Assembly (NCBI GenBank): GCA_044356295.1
Contig: JBIKWN010000051.1
Coordinates: forward strand, 1 to 19,037
Length of the DNA stretch: 19,037 bases
Direction: 5' to 3'
From: Bdellovibrionota bacterium
GTDB lineage: Bacteria; Bdellovibrionota_C; UBA2361; JBIKWN01
Shown here: piece after piece, positions 7,050 to 16,191 of the stretch
Numbering within the stretch: the first letter of the stretch is position 1
Layout of the letters: each line of letters begins with the position of its first letter
Made by a program: the position numbers and the translations under genes
Notes under the pieces: generated by a model
The model's input: only the letters and a program-made list of their open reading frames with translations
What the model was told of the DNA's origin: nothing
Databases searched by the model: none

Positions 7050-9584
7050 TTAAATAGATATAGCTTTCGTTTTTCGACTCGACCCTCGAACCTTTTTAGA
7101 ATGTGATTTACTTCCAGTCGTTTCTTTTGGCTTATCAAGCAATGCAAGCTTTAACACTTCCTCAACATGGCGCACTGTATGGAATTTAACTTTCTTCTTA
7201 AGTTCTGGCTGTACCTCTTCAAGGTCTTTTTCATTCTCAGCAGGGATAATGATATCAGTAATACCCAAACGAATTGCCGCAAGAACTTTTTCTTTAATCC
7301 CACCAACTGCCATAACATTCCCACGAAGCGTTACTTCACCAGTCATTGCAACATTTGCATCAATTCGTCGTTTTGATAATGCAGAAACAAGCGCAGTAAC
7401 AATTGTTACTCCTGCTGAAGGTCCATCTTTTGGCGTTGCAGCACCTGGAAGATGGATATGGATGTCATATTTTGTATTAAACGCTTTATCGAGTCCTAAC
7501 TTTTGCGCATTTGAACGTGCATAGAAAAGTGCCGCTTGTGCCGACTCTTGCATCACACTTCCAAGCTGTCCAGTTAACGAGAGCGTCCCCGTTCCTGGTG
7601 CAACCGAGCACTCAATCGGCATTACTTCACCGCCAACGATAGTCCAAGCAAGCCCGCGGACTAATCCAATTGCAGCATTTTTTTCTGTTTCTTCTGGATC
7701 AAACTTAGTAACTCCAAGAAGTTTTTCAACATCTTTCAGCCCAATCGCGTTGATTATATTTTTTTTCTCAACTTTTTCTCGAGCAACTTTTCTAAACAGT
7801 GCTCCTATTTCACGTTCAAGGTTACGTACCCCTGCCTCTCTTGTGTAACGCTCGATCAGAAATTCAATGGCACCATCGGTGACTTTCATTTCATGATTTT
7901 TAAGTCCATTTTCTTCTCGTTGTCGTGGTACAAGATACTGCTTTGATATTTCAATCTTCTCTTCTAATGTGTAGCCACTAATATAGATCGTCTCTAAACG
8001 ATCAAGCAGTGCATCAGGGATGGTATCTAAGGTATTAGCGGTTGCCACAAACAAAACATCAGATAGATCGAAGTCAACGTTTAAATAATGATCTCTAAAC
8101 TCTTGATTCTGTTTTGGATCGAGCACTTCAAGAAGGGCTGAAGCAGGGTCTCCTCTAAAATCTGCCCCGACTTTATCAAGCTCATCAAGAACAATAACTG
8201 GATTCCTAGAACCGACTTGTTTTAACCCTTGAATGATTCTGCCAGGAAGAGCACCAACATACGTTCGTCGATGTCCACGTATTTCTGCTTCATCTCGAAC
8301 ACCACCTAGTGATATTCTAAAAAATTTTCTGCCAAGACTCTCAGCAATGGATCTACCAAGGGAAGTTTTACCAACACCAGGAGGCCCAACAAAACAAAGA
8401 ATTGGACCTTTTGAATCAGGGCTCAGTTTACGAACACTTAAGTATTCAAGAATTCTATCTTTTGCTTTATCAAGTCCATGATGATCACGGTCAAGAATTT
8501 TTTTAGCAGCTTTTATATCTAAGATATCTTTTGTTTTTAATTCCCACGGAAGATCAGCAATCCATTCAAGATAAGTTCTCAAAAGCGCATATTCACTTGC
8601 TTCAGGATGCATTCTTTCCAGTCTTCGCAGTTGGTTATTTGCTTCAACTTCCGCAGCTTTAGAAAGTTTTGCTTTTTTAAGAGCTGCCTTTATTTGAGCA
8701 AGATCATCAACGCCAGTATCTGCGTCGCCGAGCTCTTTCTGAATCTGCTTTATTTGCTCTCTTAGAAAATATTCTCTTTGAGCATTAGACATTTCATCCT
8801 GCGCTTTAACACGTATTCCTTCTGAAAGCTGAAATTGTTTTAGATCATCACTGATAAGCTTATCAGTAAAATGTAATCGTTTCAGCGGATCAAGCTCTTC
8901 AAGCATTGACTGAGCAATATTAAGATCCATTTTATAGTGTGCTAAAATAACATCACTCATTACTGCAGGATCTTCTATCTCTTCAATCACAAGTAACATC
9001 TCTTCTGGAAGATGCTCTTGTTCAACCATTACTTGAATATTTTTTCTAATTCTAGCAATAAGATCGGTAACTTGTTTTGTATTCTTAATCTCACCAGCAG
9101 GGATAATTTCTATATGTGAATTCAGACTTCCTGACGACTTTTTATCAATACGTTTAGCTTGAGCACGTGTTAGCCCCTGTAATAAGACTTTATATCTTCC
9201 ATCTGATGTTGATAGGACACGTACAATATGAACAACAACCCCGATTTTGTGCAGCTCACTTATCGCTGGCTCTTCATCATTATGATTTTTCTGGCTTACA
9301 ACAAACAGAAGTCCTTGTTGTTTTTGAGCTTCATCAATTGCAGCAATACTTCCTGGGCGAGCAACATACAAAGACAACATGACGCCAGGGAAAGCAACCA
9401 TTTCACGCGCTGGAAGGGTTGGGAGCACTTCCGGAAAAGTAACAATAATCTCATTTTCGTCGTTTGGCTTGCCGTTCTTTTGCAAACCACCAGACTTCAC
9501 AGTGGATTCTTTTTTTACAAGATTTTTTTTGCCAGTTTTTTTCTTACTGGACATTTGTTTGGTTTTCGATTTCTTGTTTGCCAC
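7050..9584 (-). CDS. lon: ATP-dependent protease La (LonA)
   Basis: Lon N-domain, Walker A GPPGVGKTS, RGHRRTYVGALPG, Walker B IVLDELDK, catalytic Ser in PKDGPSAG and Lys in GGIKEK. GTG start at 9584; alternative ATG at 9554. Confidence 0.98.
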   Translation of the reverse strand: MANKKSKTKQMSSKKKTGKKNLVKKESTVKSGGLQKNGKPNDENEIIVTFPEVLPTLPAREMVAFPGVMLSLYVARPGSIAAIDEAQKQQGLLFVVSQKNHNDEEPAISELHKIGVVVHIVRVLSTSDGRYKVLLQGLTRAQAKRIDKKSSGSLNSHIEIIPAGEIKNTKQVTDLIARIRKNIQVMVEQEHLPEEMLLVIEEIEDPAVMSDVILAHYKMDLNIAQSMLEELDPLKRLHFTDKLISDDLKQFQLSEGIRVKAQDEMSNAQREYFLREQIKQIQKELGDADTGVDDLAQIKAALKKAKLSKAAEVEANNQLRRLERMHPEASEYALLRTYLEWIADLPWELKTKDILDIKAAKKILDRDHHGLDKAKDRILEYLSVRKLSPDSKGPILCFVGPPGVGKTSLGRSIAESLGRKFFRISLGGVRDEAEIRGHRRTYVGALPGRIIQGLKQVGSRNPVIVLDELDKVGADFRGDPASALLEVLDPKQNQEFRDHYLNVDFDLSDVLFVATANTLDTIPDALLDRLETIYISGYTLEEKIEISKQYLVPRQREENGLKNHEMKVTDGAIEFLIERYTREAGVRNLEREIGALFRKVAREKVEKKNIINAIGLKDVEKLLGVTKFDPEETEKNAAIGLVRGLAWTIVGGEVMPIECSVAPGTGTLSLTGQLGSVMQESAQAALFYARSNAQKLGLDKAFNTKYDIHIHLPGAATPKDGPSAGVTIVTALVSALSKRRIDANVAMTGEVTLRGNVMAVGGIKEKVLAAIRLGITDIIIPAENEKDLEEVQPELKKKVKFHTVRHVEEVLKLALLDKPKETTGSKSHSKKVRGSSRKTKAISI

Positions 9585-11391
9585 TTATCGCCTGTATCCT
9601 TCCATCTTTTACTTCTAAAACTGCATATGCACGTTGAACTTCTCCACTTGTATCAACACGCATTATGCCCGTAAGACCATCATACGCATCTATGTTCTTC
9701 ATCGCGAGATCTAAAGAAGTACCATCTTGCAGAGTCTGACGAGCTGCCCCTATTGCAATTGTCATAGCGTCAAAACCTTGAGCAGCAAGAAAATCAGGGG
9801 CTTTCCCGAATTTTTTTCGATACTTATCGATAAATTTAGCCATTAAAGGGTTTGTACTACCAACAAAGAAAGGACTTATGAAAATAGCGCGATTAAAAAT
9901 AGCTGGGGATTGTGCCAAACTTTGAGGCGAATCCCAAGTAGCTGGCCCCATTGGACGAATGCGTTCTCGTGCACTTTCAGGAAAATGAGAAAGAAGTTCC
10001 TTTGCACTGTCTATTGAATCCGGAATAAAAATCGCTCCAACATTTAAACGTGCAACATCATTTGCTATCACTTCAAGTTTACCAACATCGCCACTGGTAT
10101 ACGTTGCTTCATATAAAATCTGTAAGCCTTTTGCAGACACGTATTTTTTGAATGCATTTGCATATTCAAGTCCGATAGGTGACTCAGGATACGCAAGCGC
10201 AAATTTTGAAATTCCAGCTACACTTGAAGCAGCATCGAGTAGCGTATCCATTTGGCTATTACTTGTTGCACCAAATCGAAAAACAATATCACCAGTTTCA
10301 AAAGCATTACCTTTTGTGAGAGATAACATTGGAACACGTTCAGCAACTGCAATTTGTCGAACTACAGCAGCCTGTTCAGATAAAAGTGGACCAACTATAA
10401 AATTAGCTTTTGGGGCATTCGTGGTCAAATCTTGTACTGCGAGTTGTGCACCTGAAACAGTTTCTTGAGCGTCTTTGAATGTCACAAGAATTTTTGGTTC
10501 ATTTTCGACTTCGATGGCTAATTCCATTCCATTTTTAGTTCCTTCACCTAACGGAGCAAGTGGACCACTCAGCGGAAGCACAACACCTATTGATACATCA
10601 CTTGGAGCTGTTGACGTTGTAGAACCTCTGATAGGAGTACTGGTTGTTGGATATGTTGGCAGGTTTTTCCTCCAGAAAGCTCCACCACCAGCGAAACTGA
10701 AATTATTTTTATTATTAGAATCATCACGGCGGGCTTTCTCTTGTACAACAAGTCCACCAAAGTTTTGATCATCTTTCCATTTTGCAAAAACAAGATCGAA
10801 TTGTGATGAAGGGATAGATGCAAGTAATAAACGTGAGGCTTTTTCAGCTGCATCTACAAAAATAGGGGAGCCAGTTTCAGTCACCGATGATCTACCAAAC
10901 CATGCAAGCGCTTGATCAAAATCGTTTTGCGCTCCGTAGCCATATCCTAATAATAAAGCAAGCTGTCCATTAACTGACTGTGCATTCAAACCAGAAACTT
11001 CACAGAAATTACTAATCGATAGGAGTGCATCTTCAAATTTATTGAGCGCTAATTCAGAAGATGCAAGGCGTGCTGTTATCGCTTGTGCTTCATTCAAACC
11101 AAGCGATCGTAGATCAACTGTCTGATAAACTGACAATCCAGATTGAAAATCACCTTTCTTTAAAAATTCGTCTCCGTGACGTATTAATTCGTTCGTTAAA
11201 GATTGACCTGTTAGGTCTTGTCCGTAACTCCAAAGTTCAAATGGGAGTCGTTCAAAATCCGAAGGAGCCTCAAGAGGTGGACCCATACGCCCTCCAGCAC
11301 CACCGACCGAGCCTTTTTTAGAACTACAGCCTGATAGAATAAAAAACGCTACAAGAATAAGCGTTAAAACAGAGAAAAAGCGAAATTTCAT
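9544..11391 (-). CDS. LpoA/LppC-like lipoprotein (penicillin-binding protein activator; TPR-like N-terminus plus type-1 periplasmic-binding-protein fold)
   Basis: Lipobox ILSGC, helical N-region, then IGVVLPLSG.LA..GE...NG..LA, IVGPLLS, IFIPDS, AAQGFDA and GLTG.MR.D..GEVQR. Confidence 0.8.
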   Translation of the reverse strand: MKFRFFSVLTLILVAFFILSGCSSKKGSVGGAGGRMGPPLEAPSDFERLPFELWSYGQDLTGQSLTNELIRHGDEFLKKGDFQSGLSVYQTVDLRSLGLNEAQAITARLASSELALNKFEDALLSISNFCEVSGLNAQSVNGQLALLLGYGYGAQNDFDQALAWFGRSSVTETGSPIFVDAAEKASRLLLASIPSSQFDLVFAKWKDDQNFGGLVVQEKARRDDSNNKNNFSFAGGGAFWRKNLPTYPTTSTPIRGSTTSTAPSDVSIGVVLPLSGPLAPLGEGTKNGMELAIEVENEPKILVTFKDAQETVSGAQLAVQDLTTNAPKANFIVGPLLSEQAAVVRQIAVAERVPMLSLTKGNAFETGDIVFRFGATSNSQMDTLLDAASSVAGISKFALAYPESPIGLEYANAFKKYVSAKGLQILYEATYTSGDVGKLEVIANDVARLNVGAIFIPDSIDSAKELLSHFPESARERIRPMGPATWDSPQSLAQSPAIFNRAIFISPFFVGSTNPLMAKFIDKYRKKFGKAPDFLAAQGFDAMTIAIGAARQTLQDGTSLDLAMKNIDAYDGLTGIMRVDTSGEVQRAYAVLEVKDGRIQAISGKQEIENQTNVQ

Positions 11392-11413
11392 GGGGTTAAG
11401 AGTATGATACCCC
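11392..11413. promoter_or_regulatory. Candidate bidirectional promoter core (22-bp spacer between divergent ORFs)
   Basis: GGGGT-TAAGAGTATGAT-ACCCC: 5-bp inverted ends enclosing TATGAT (+, 11403-11408) and TACTCT (-, 11404-11399), both TAnnnT -10-like hexamers. Confidence 0.35.
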
Positions 11414-12259
11414 TTGCCTATTCGTCCATCACGTTTTTATGCTGCAGATGATTATTTCATGTTTTTTCGAAGATTCTTTTTTCATCTGATTGCTCCCTGG
11501 AAAGTAACCATCAGGTTACGCGGTATTCCAGTGATAATGGCGCTATTATCAACAATTCTTATTGAACGATTTGTCTCATTTTTAAGCTCAAACCTACTGT
11601 TTTTTGTAAACGAAATGATTGCAAAAAAAGAGATCCCCGATTGGGCGGCTGGAAATATACAGATTCTCTCTGTTCTATTGCCTTTTCTTGCATCAATACC
11701 AGTGCTTATTGCCTGTGCCGCATCTCCAATGCGCCTTGCAGTGATTAGCAACAACGAAGTGCCATTTATGCATAACATTAAAAGCTTCTGGCATGCTCTT
11801 ACTAAATCTACACAGAGCTATGGTTATTCATGGAAGATTCTTCCTTGGTATCTTATTCCTTTTCTTGCGTTACTGATGACCCTGCGACTCGCACCGTATT
11901 TTATTCCGACCCAGTTTGAGATTGTTTTTCAAATATTTATTGTTGTCTTTGGAATTATATCACTTTTAAGAGCTCTGCCGGTGATTCTTGTGCCCCTTAC
12001 AGCAACACTTGGGATGTATGAGTCATATCATTCACTTCTTGTAACACGCGATGTAGTACGTTTCGAGAAATATAATATTTTATTAGCTCTAACGTTATGG
12101 GGTTGTCTAAGTGTGGCAATTTCAAAAATAGCTTTTATAACAGCCGATCGTACGATTGCATTTTCAATTGAATTGTTGATTGCAATATTTTTTCTTGCTG
12201 TGCTGTCTTCGATCTTTATTCAGCCAATGGCAGTTATTGAACAGCGTCAGATGCGTTAA
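11414..12259 (+). CDS. Hypothetical integral membrane protein (about 6 TM)
   Basis: 281-aa hydrophobic ORF filling the gap. The real start may be the ATG at 11459. Its stop shares TTAA with the dnaJ stop. Confidence 0.7.
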   Translation: MPIRPSRFYAADDYFMFFRRFFFHLIAPWKVTIRLRGIPVIMALLSTILIERFVSFLSSNLLFFVNEMIAKKEIPDWAAGNIQILSVLLPFLASIPVLIACAASPMRLAVISNNEVPFMHNIKSFWHALTKSTQSYGYSWKILPWYLIPFLALLMTLRLAPYFIPTQFEIVFQIFIVVFGIISLLRALPVILVPLTATLGMYESYHSLLVTRDVVRFEKYNILLALTLWGCLSVAISKIAFITADRTIAFSIELLIAIFFLAVLSSIFIQPMAVIEQRQMR

Positions 12260-13401
12260 ACAAAGATATCCTTAACCTTATCAAAAAACCCTTTATCTTC
12301 CTGCTTAGATTTTAAAGACTCAGCTTCAAGTTCTTTGAGTTTTTCTAAAAGTTTTTTGTGCTCTTCATTTATCTTCTTAGGAACATGGATATTTACTTTT
12401 ACATGTTGATCGCCACGTCTGTTGGTTCCAAGAACTTGGATACCTTTATTTTTCAATCTAAAAATTTTACCTGAAGCAGTTCCACCAGGAACTTTCATTT
12501 TTACTTTGCCTTCTAGTGTTGGAACCTCTATTTCGTCACCAAGAACAGCTACCGTATATGGTAAGTCAACTTGGCAAAACACTTCGGATTCTTCTCTTGA
12601 GAATACTGGGTGGGGTTTAATTTCTATCTGCACGTACAAATCGCCGTTTGTTCCACCCTGAACACCAGCTTCACCTTCAGAACGAAGCTTCAAACGTTGA
12701 CCAGCATCTATTCCCGGAGGAACTTTTACACTGATCTGTTTTTTTTCATTCTGATAACCACTGCCAGTGCATTTCTTACAAGGGTTTTTAATAACTTGCC
12801 CGGAACCAGCACATGCGCGGCAAGGTTGGCTGATAGTAAAGAAACCTTGCTGCATCCTCACTTGTCCATGACCACCACAGGTTGTGCATTTTTCAGGGCT
12901 ACTACCCTCTTCTGCACCAGAACCTAAACAAGTGCTGCATGCTGCACGACGATTAATAGTAATCTCTTTTTCACAGCCGAAAGCAGCTTCCTCAAATGTA
13001 ACTTCTAAGTCGTATTTTAGATCTCGCCCAGGTTTTCCAGTGCTTCGTCTGCGACCACCGCCTTGAGCACCTCCGAAACCTCCACCGAAGAATGAAGAGA
13101 AAATATCACCGAAGATATCTTCAAACCCAGAAAAATCTCCACTAAATCCGCCAGCACCACCGCCGCCTTGAAATGCAGCATGCCCGTACTGGTCATATTT
13201 TGCTCTTTGTTCTGGATCACTCAATACGGAATAAGCTTCAGTTGCTTCCTTGAATTTTTCTTCTGAAGCTTTATCACCTTGATTTTTGTCAGGATGATAC
13301 TGAACCGCTTTTTTTCGGTATGCTTTTTTTATTTCATCAGTGCTTGAAGTCTTTGAAACTTCAAGCACCTCATAGTAGTCACGCTTTGCTGCAGTATTCA
13401 C
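12256..13401 (-). CDS. dnaJ: Chaperone DnaJ (class A)
   Basis: J-domain with HPD, G/F region with DIF motifs, four CxxCxGxG zinc-finger repeats and a C-terminal domain. GTG start. Confidence 0.98.
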   Translation of the reverse strand: MNTAAKRDYYEVLEVSKTSSTDEIKKAYRKKAVQYHPDKNQGDKASEEKFKEATEAYSVLSDPEQRAKYDQYGHAAFQGGGGAGGFSGDFSGFEDIFGDIFSSFFGGGFGGAQGGGRRRSTGKPGRDLKYDLEVTFEEAAFGCEKEITINRRAACSTCLGSGAEEGSSPEKCTTCGGHGQVRMQQGFFTISQPCRACAGSGQVIKNPCKKCTGSGYQNEKKQISVKVPPGIDAGQRLKLRSEGEAGVQGGTNGDLYVQIEIKPHPVFSREESEVFCQVDLPYTVAVLGDEIEVPTLEGKVKMKVPGGTASGKIFRLKNKGIQVLGTNRRGDQHVKVNIHVPKKINEEHKKLLEKLKELEAESLKSKQEDKGFFDKVKDIFV

Positions 13402-13436
13402 CCGAGTTCTCTACACCTTTCGGATTGATTAAACAA

Positions 13437-15353
13437 TTATCGAACTTCAGTATAGTCTGCGTCGACAACACCTTCATCTTTTGATTTATCAGTTGGCTCT
13501 TCAGAAGAAGCTCCACCAGCACCCGAGGCATTTGCTGCTTGTTCAGCTGCAGCTTTTTTATACATCTCTTCAGACATCTTATGACTCGCCTTCGTGAGCT
13601 CTTCAGTAGCTGATTTAATCGAGTCCAGATCGCTAGCTTCAAGAGCTTTTTTGGATTTTTCAAGAGCTGCCATAATTTGAGTCTTATCTTCAGCCGCAAG
13701 TTTATCGCCAAGGTCGGTCATAGTTTTTTCAGATGCATAAACCAAACTATCAAGTTGATTTCGTGCCTCTGCTACTTCTTTACGTTTCTTATCCGCATCA
13801 GCATTGAGCTCTGCGTCTTGTGTCATCTTGTCGATTTCTTCCTTCGACAATCCTGAACTTGCAGTAATCTTAACTGATTGTTCTTTACCAGTTCCAAGAT
13901 CTTTTGCACTTACTGAAACAATACCATTTCCATCAATATCAAAGGTAACTTCAACTTGTGGTATTCCACGTGGCGCAGGAGGAATTCCGATTAATTCGAA
14001 ACGTCCAAGTGTTTTATTATCCCCAGACATTTCACGCTCTCCTTGAAGAACATGAATCGAAACTGCAGGCTGATTATCGACAGCAGTTGAAAATACCTGA
14101 GATTTACGAGTAGGAATTGTCGTATTCTTCTCAATCAATTTTGTAAATACACCACCAAGAGTTTCAATACCAAGGCTCAAAGGTGTAACGTCAAGTAAAA
14201 GAACATCTTTGACATCACCTTGAAGTACTCCACCTTGAACTGCTGCACCAATTGCAACTGCTTCATCAGGGTTAACACCTTTCGAAGGCTCTTTACCAAA
14301 GATCTCTTTCACTTTAGCTTGAACTGCTGGCATACGAGTCATACCACCTACAAGGATGACGTCTCCGATTTGTGAAGGAGAAACGCCAGCATCTTTAAGA
14401 GCAGTACGGCAAGGAGCCTCAAGTCGTGAGATTAAATCTGCACAAAGTGATTCAAGTTTTGCTCGAGTCAATTTTATATTTAAGTGTTTAGGACCAGAAG
14501 CATCTGCCGAGATAAACGGTAAGTTTACATCAGTATCAGTTGCAGAAGAGAGTTCATGTTTCGCTTTCTCTGCCGCTTCTTTTAAACGCTGCAACGCAAG
14601 AGTATCTTTCTTAAGATCAATTCCTTGCTCTTTTTTAAACTCATCCGCTAAGAAATCAACAATCTTGTGATCGAAGTCTTCTCCACCAAGATATGTATCA
14701 CCGTTAGTTGACTTAACTTCAAAAACACCATCGCCAAGCTCAAGGACAGAGATATCAAATGTTCCACCACCAAGGTCAAACACTGCGATTAACTTCTCGC
14801 CTTTCTTATCAAGACCATACGCAAGTGCTGCAGCAGTTGGTTCATTAATAATTCTTTGAACATTAAGACCTGCAATCTTTCCAGCATCTTTTGTAGCTTG
14901 ACGTTGCGCATCATTAAAATACGCAGGCACTGTAATAACAGCGTCAGTTACTTTCTCGCCAAGATAATCTTCAGCAGTTTGCTTCATCTTGGTTAAGATC
15001 ATTGCAGAGACTTCTTGTGGGCTCTTTGATTCACCACTTAGTTTTACCCATGCATCACCATTACTTGCTTTTGCAAGTTCGTATGGAAGTACTGACTGAG
15101 CTTTTTGAATCTCAGTATCTTCAAAACGACGACCAATTAAACGCTTAACAGCAAAAATTGTATTTTTTGGGTTTGTTACAGCTTGTCGTTTTGCAACTTG
15201 CCCAACAAGGCGTTCACCACTTGGTGACATTGCAACAACTGAAGGTGTTGTGCGGTTACCTTCACTGTTAGCAATAACAAGTGGGATTCCACCCTCCATA
15301 ATTGCGACACATGAATTAGTTGTACCTAAATCTATTCCAATGATTTTTCCCAT
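13437..15353 (-). CDS. dnaK: Chaperone DnaK (Hsp70)
   Basis: [35 protein letters not shown]-terminal [16 protein letters not shown] at 15365-15361. Confidence 0.99.
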   Translation of the reverse strand: MGKIIGIDLGTTNSCVAIMEGGIPLVIANSEGNRTTPSVVAMSPSGERLVGQVAKRQAVTNPKNTIFAVKRLIGRRFEDTEIQKAQSVLPYELAKASNGDAWVKLSGESKSPQEVSAMILTKMKQTAEDYLGEKVTDAVITVPAYFNDAQRQATKDAGKIAGLNVQRIINEPTAAALAYGLDKKGEKLIAVFDLGGGTFDISVLELGDGVFEVKSTNGDTYLGGEDFDHKIVDFLADEFKKEQGIDLKKDTLALQRLKEAAEKAKHELSSATDTDVNLPFISADASGPKHLNIKLTRAKLESLCADLISRLEAPCRTALKDAGVSPSQIGDVILVGGMTRMPAVQAKVKEIFGKEPSKGVNPDEAVAIGAAVQGGVLQGDVKDVLLLDVTPLSLGIETLGGVFTKLIEKNTTIPTRKSQVFSTAVDNQPAVSIHVLQGEREMSGDNKTLGRFELIGIPPAPRGIPQVEVTFDIDGNGIVSVSAKDLGTGKEQSVKITASSGLSKEEIDKMTQDAELNADADKKRKEVAEARNQLDSLVYASEKTMTDLGDKLAAEDKTQIMAALEKSKKALEASDLDSIKSATEELTKASHKMSEEMYKKAAAEQAANASGAGGASSEEPTDKSKDEGVVDADYTEVR

Positions 15354-15371
15354 TACGCGGACCTCTTGTAT

Positions 15372-15405
15372 TATCTAAAATAAATATCTAAAAATTTATG
15401 TAAAA
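15372..15405. repeat. Three 9-bp direct repeats TAT(C/G)TAAAA in the grpE-dnaK spacer
   Basis: TATCTAAAA at 15372-15380, TATCTAAAA at 15385-15393 and TATGTAAAA at 15397-15405. Confidence 0.5.
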
Positions 15406-15410
15406 GTGAA

Positions 15411-16127
15411 TTAATCACCTTCTGGAGTATTTTCAAGGGGTTCCCCTGAAGAATCACCAGACTCTTGTGGCTCACCCTCGGCGACCATTACGTCTCCGTG
15501 GCGTATGAGCTTATCTTTGTAAAAATATGGCTTTTTAAGCTCTGCGAGGATAGTTCCAGATGCAGTGCCAGGAGCTGGGACGCGACTCAAAGCGTTATGC
15601 AAATTGGGGTCGAATTGTTTACCAATAGCAGATTCACCCTTTACTTCCCATTTTGTGAGAATGCTGTTGAAACGTTTAAGAATAAGCTCAAGCCCAGATT
15701 TTAACTGACCAGCATCACTTTCAGCATGCTGAAGTGCTCTTTCAAAATCATCAACTATTTCTAAAAGGTCAACGAAGATTCTTTCACCTTGATACTTCAT
15801 TATATCAGAGCGCTCTTTCATTGCTCTTTTCTTGAAATTATCAAGCTCTGCAACTGCACGAAGGTATTTATCGTAATTCTCTACAGCTTCTGCCTTTGAA
15901 GACTTTAATTCATGTTTAAGAACCTCAATTTGGGTATCACTGCCAATGTCTTGGTCCTGACCGATCTCAGTTTCTCTTTCCATGAGTACACTTTTTTTTC
16001 CTAGAAGCTTTCCGAGTTTAAGAGGCCCTGTCTTAGACGAGTCTCGTCCTTGCTCGGGAGCTGATTGCTCTAGTGTTTCGTCTTCTAACGAGGAAAGTAC
16101 TTGATTATCTGTTTCTTCTGATGACAT
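15411..16127 (-). CDS. grpE: Nucleotide exchange factor GrpE
   Basis: YLRAVAELDNFKKR, LLEIVDDFERAL, FDPNLHNAL, Y.YKDKLIRHGDVMV. Lies immediately upstream of dnaK. Confidence 0.95.
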   Translation of the reverse strand: MSSEETDNQVLSSLEDETLEQSAPEQGRDSSKTGPLKLGKLLGKKSVLMERETEIGQDQDIGSDTQIEVLKHELKSSKAEAVENYDKYLRAVAELDNFKKRAMKERSDIMKYQGERIFVDLLEIVDDFERALQHAESDAGQLKSGLELILKRFNSILTKWEVKGESAIGKQFDPNLHNALSRVPAPGTASGTILAELKKPYFYKDKLIRHGDVMVAEGEPQESGDSSGEPLENTPEGD

Positions 16128-16162
16128 ACCTGAACTACAATAAAGTGAGTAACCGAGGAAAG

Positions 16163-16191
16163 AGAGTAAGCATCGATTGGAAGAATTTCAA
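16163..16191 (-). promoter_or_regulatory. Candidate sigma70-type promoter for grpE-dnaK-dnaJ, overlapping the recO start
   Basis: Minus strand TTGAAA (16191-16186), 17-bp spacer, TACTCT (16168-16163); 35 nt upstream of the grpE ATG. Confidence 0.35.

Noticed and set aside
7037..7147. N-terminal 37 aa of the 107-aa ORF call (6824..7147)
   Set aside because: Overlaps the lon C-terminus. The ATG at 7036 gives a proper signal peptide and lipobox.
13402..13436. Possible RNA thermometer or hairpin (CCGA...TCGG) over the dnaJ RBS
   Set aside because: The stem is only about 4-5 bp with a large loop, too weak to support without folding calculations.
7167..15704. Many 60-150 aa alternative-frame or antisense ORFs within lon, the LpoA-like gene, dnaJ, dnaK and grpE
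   Set aside because: Typical shadows of conserved, codon-biased genes; no independent evidence.
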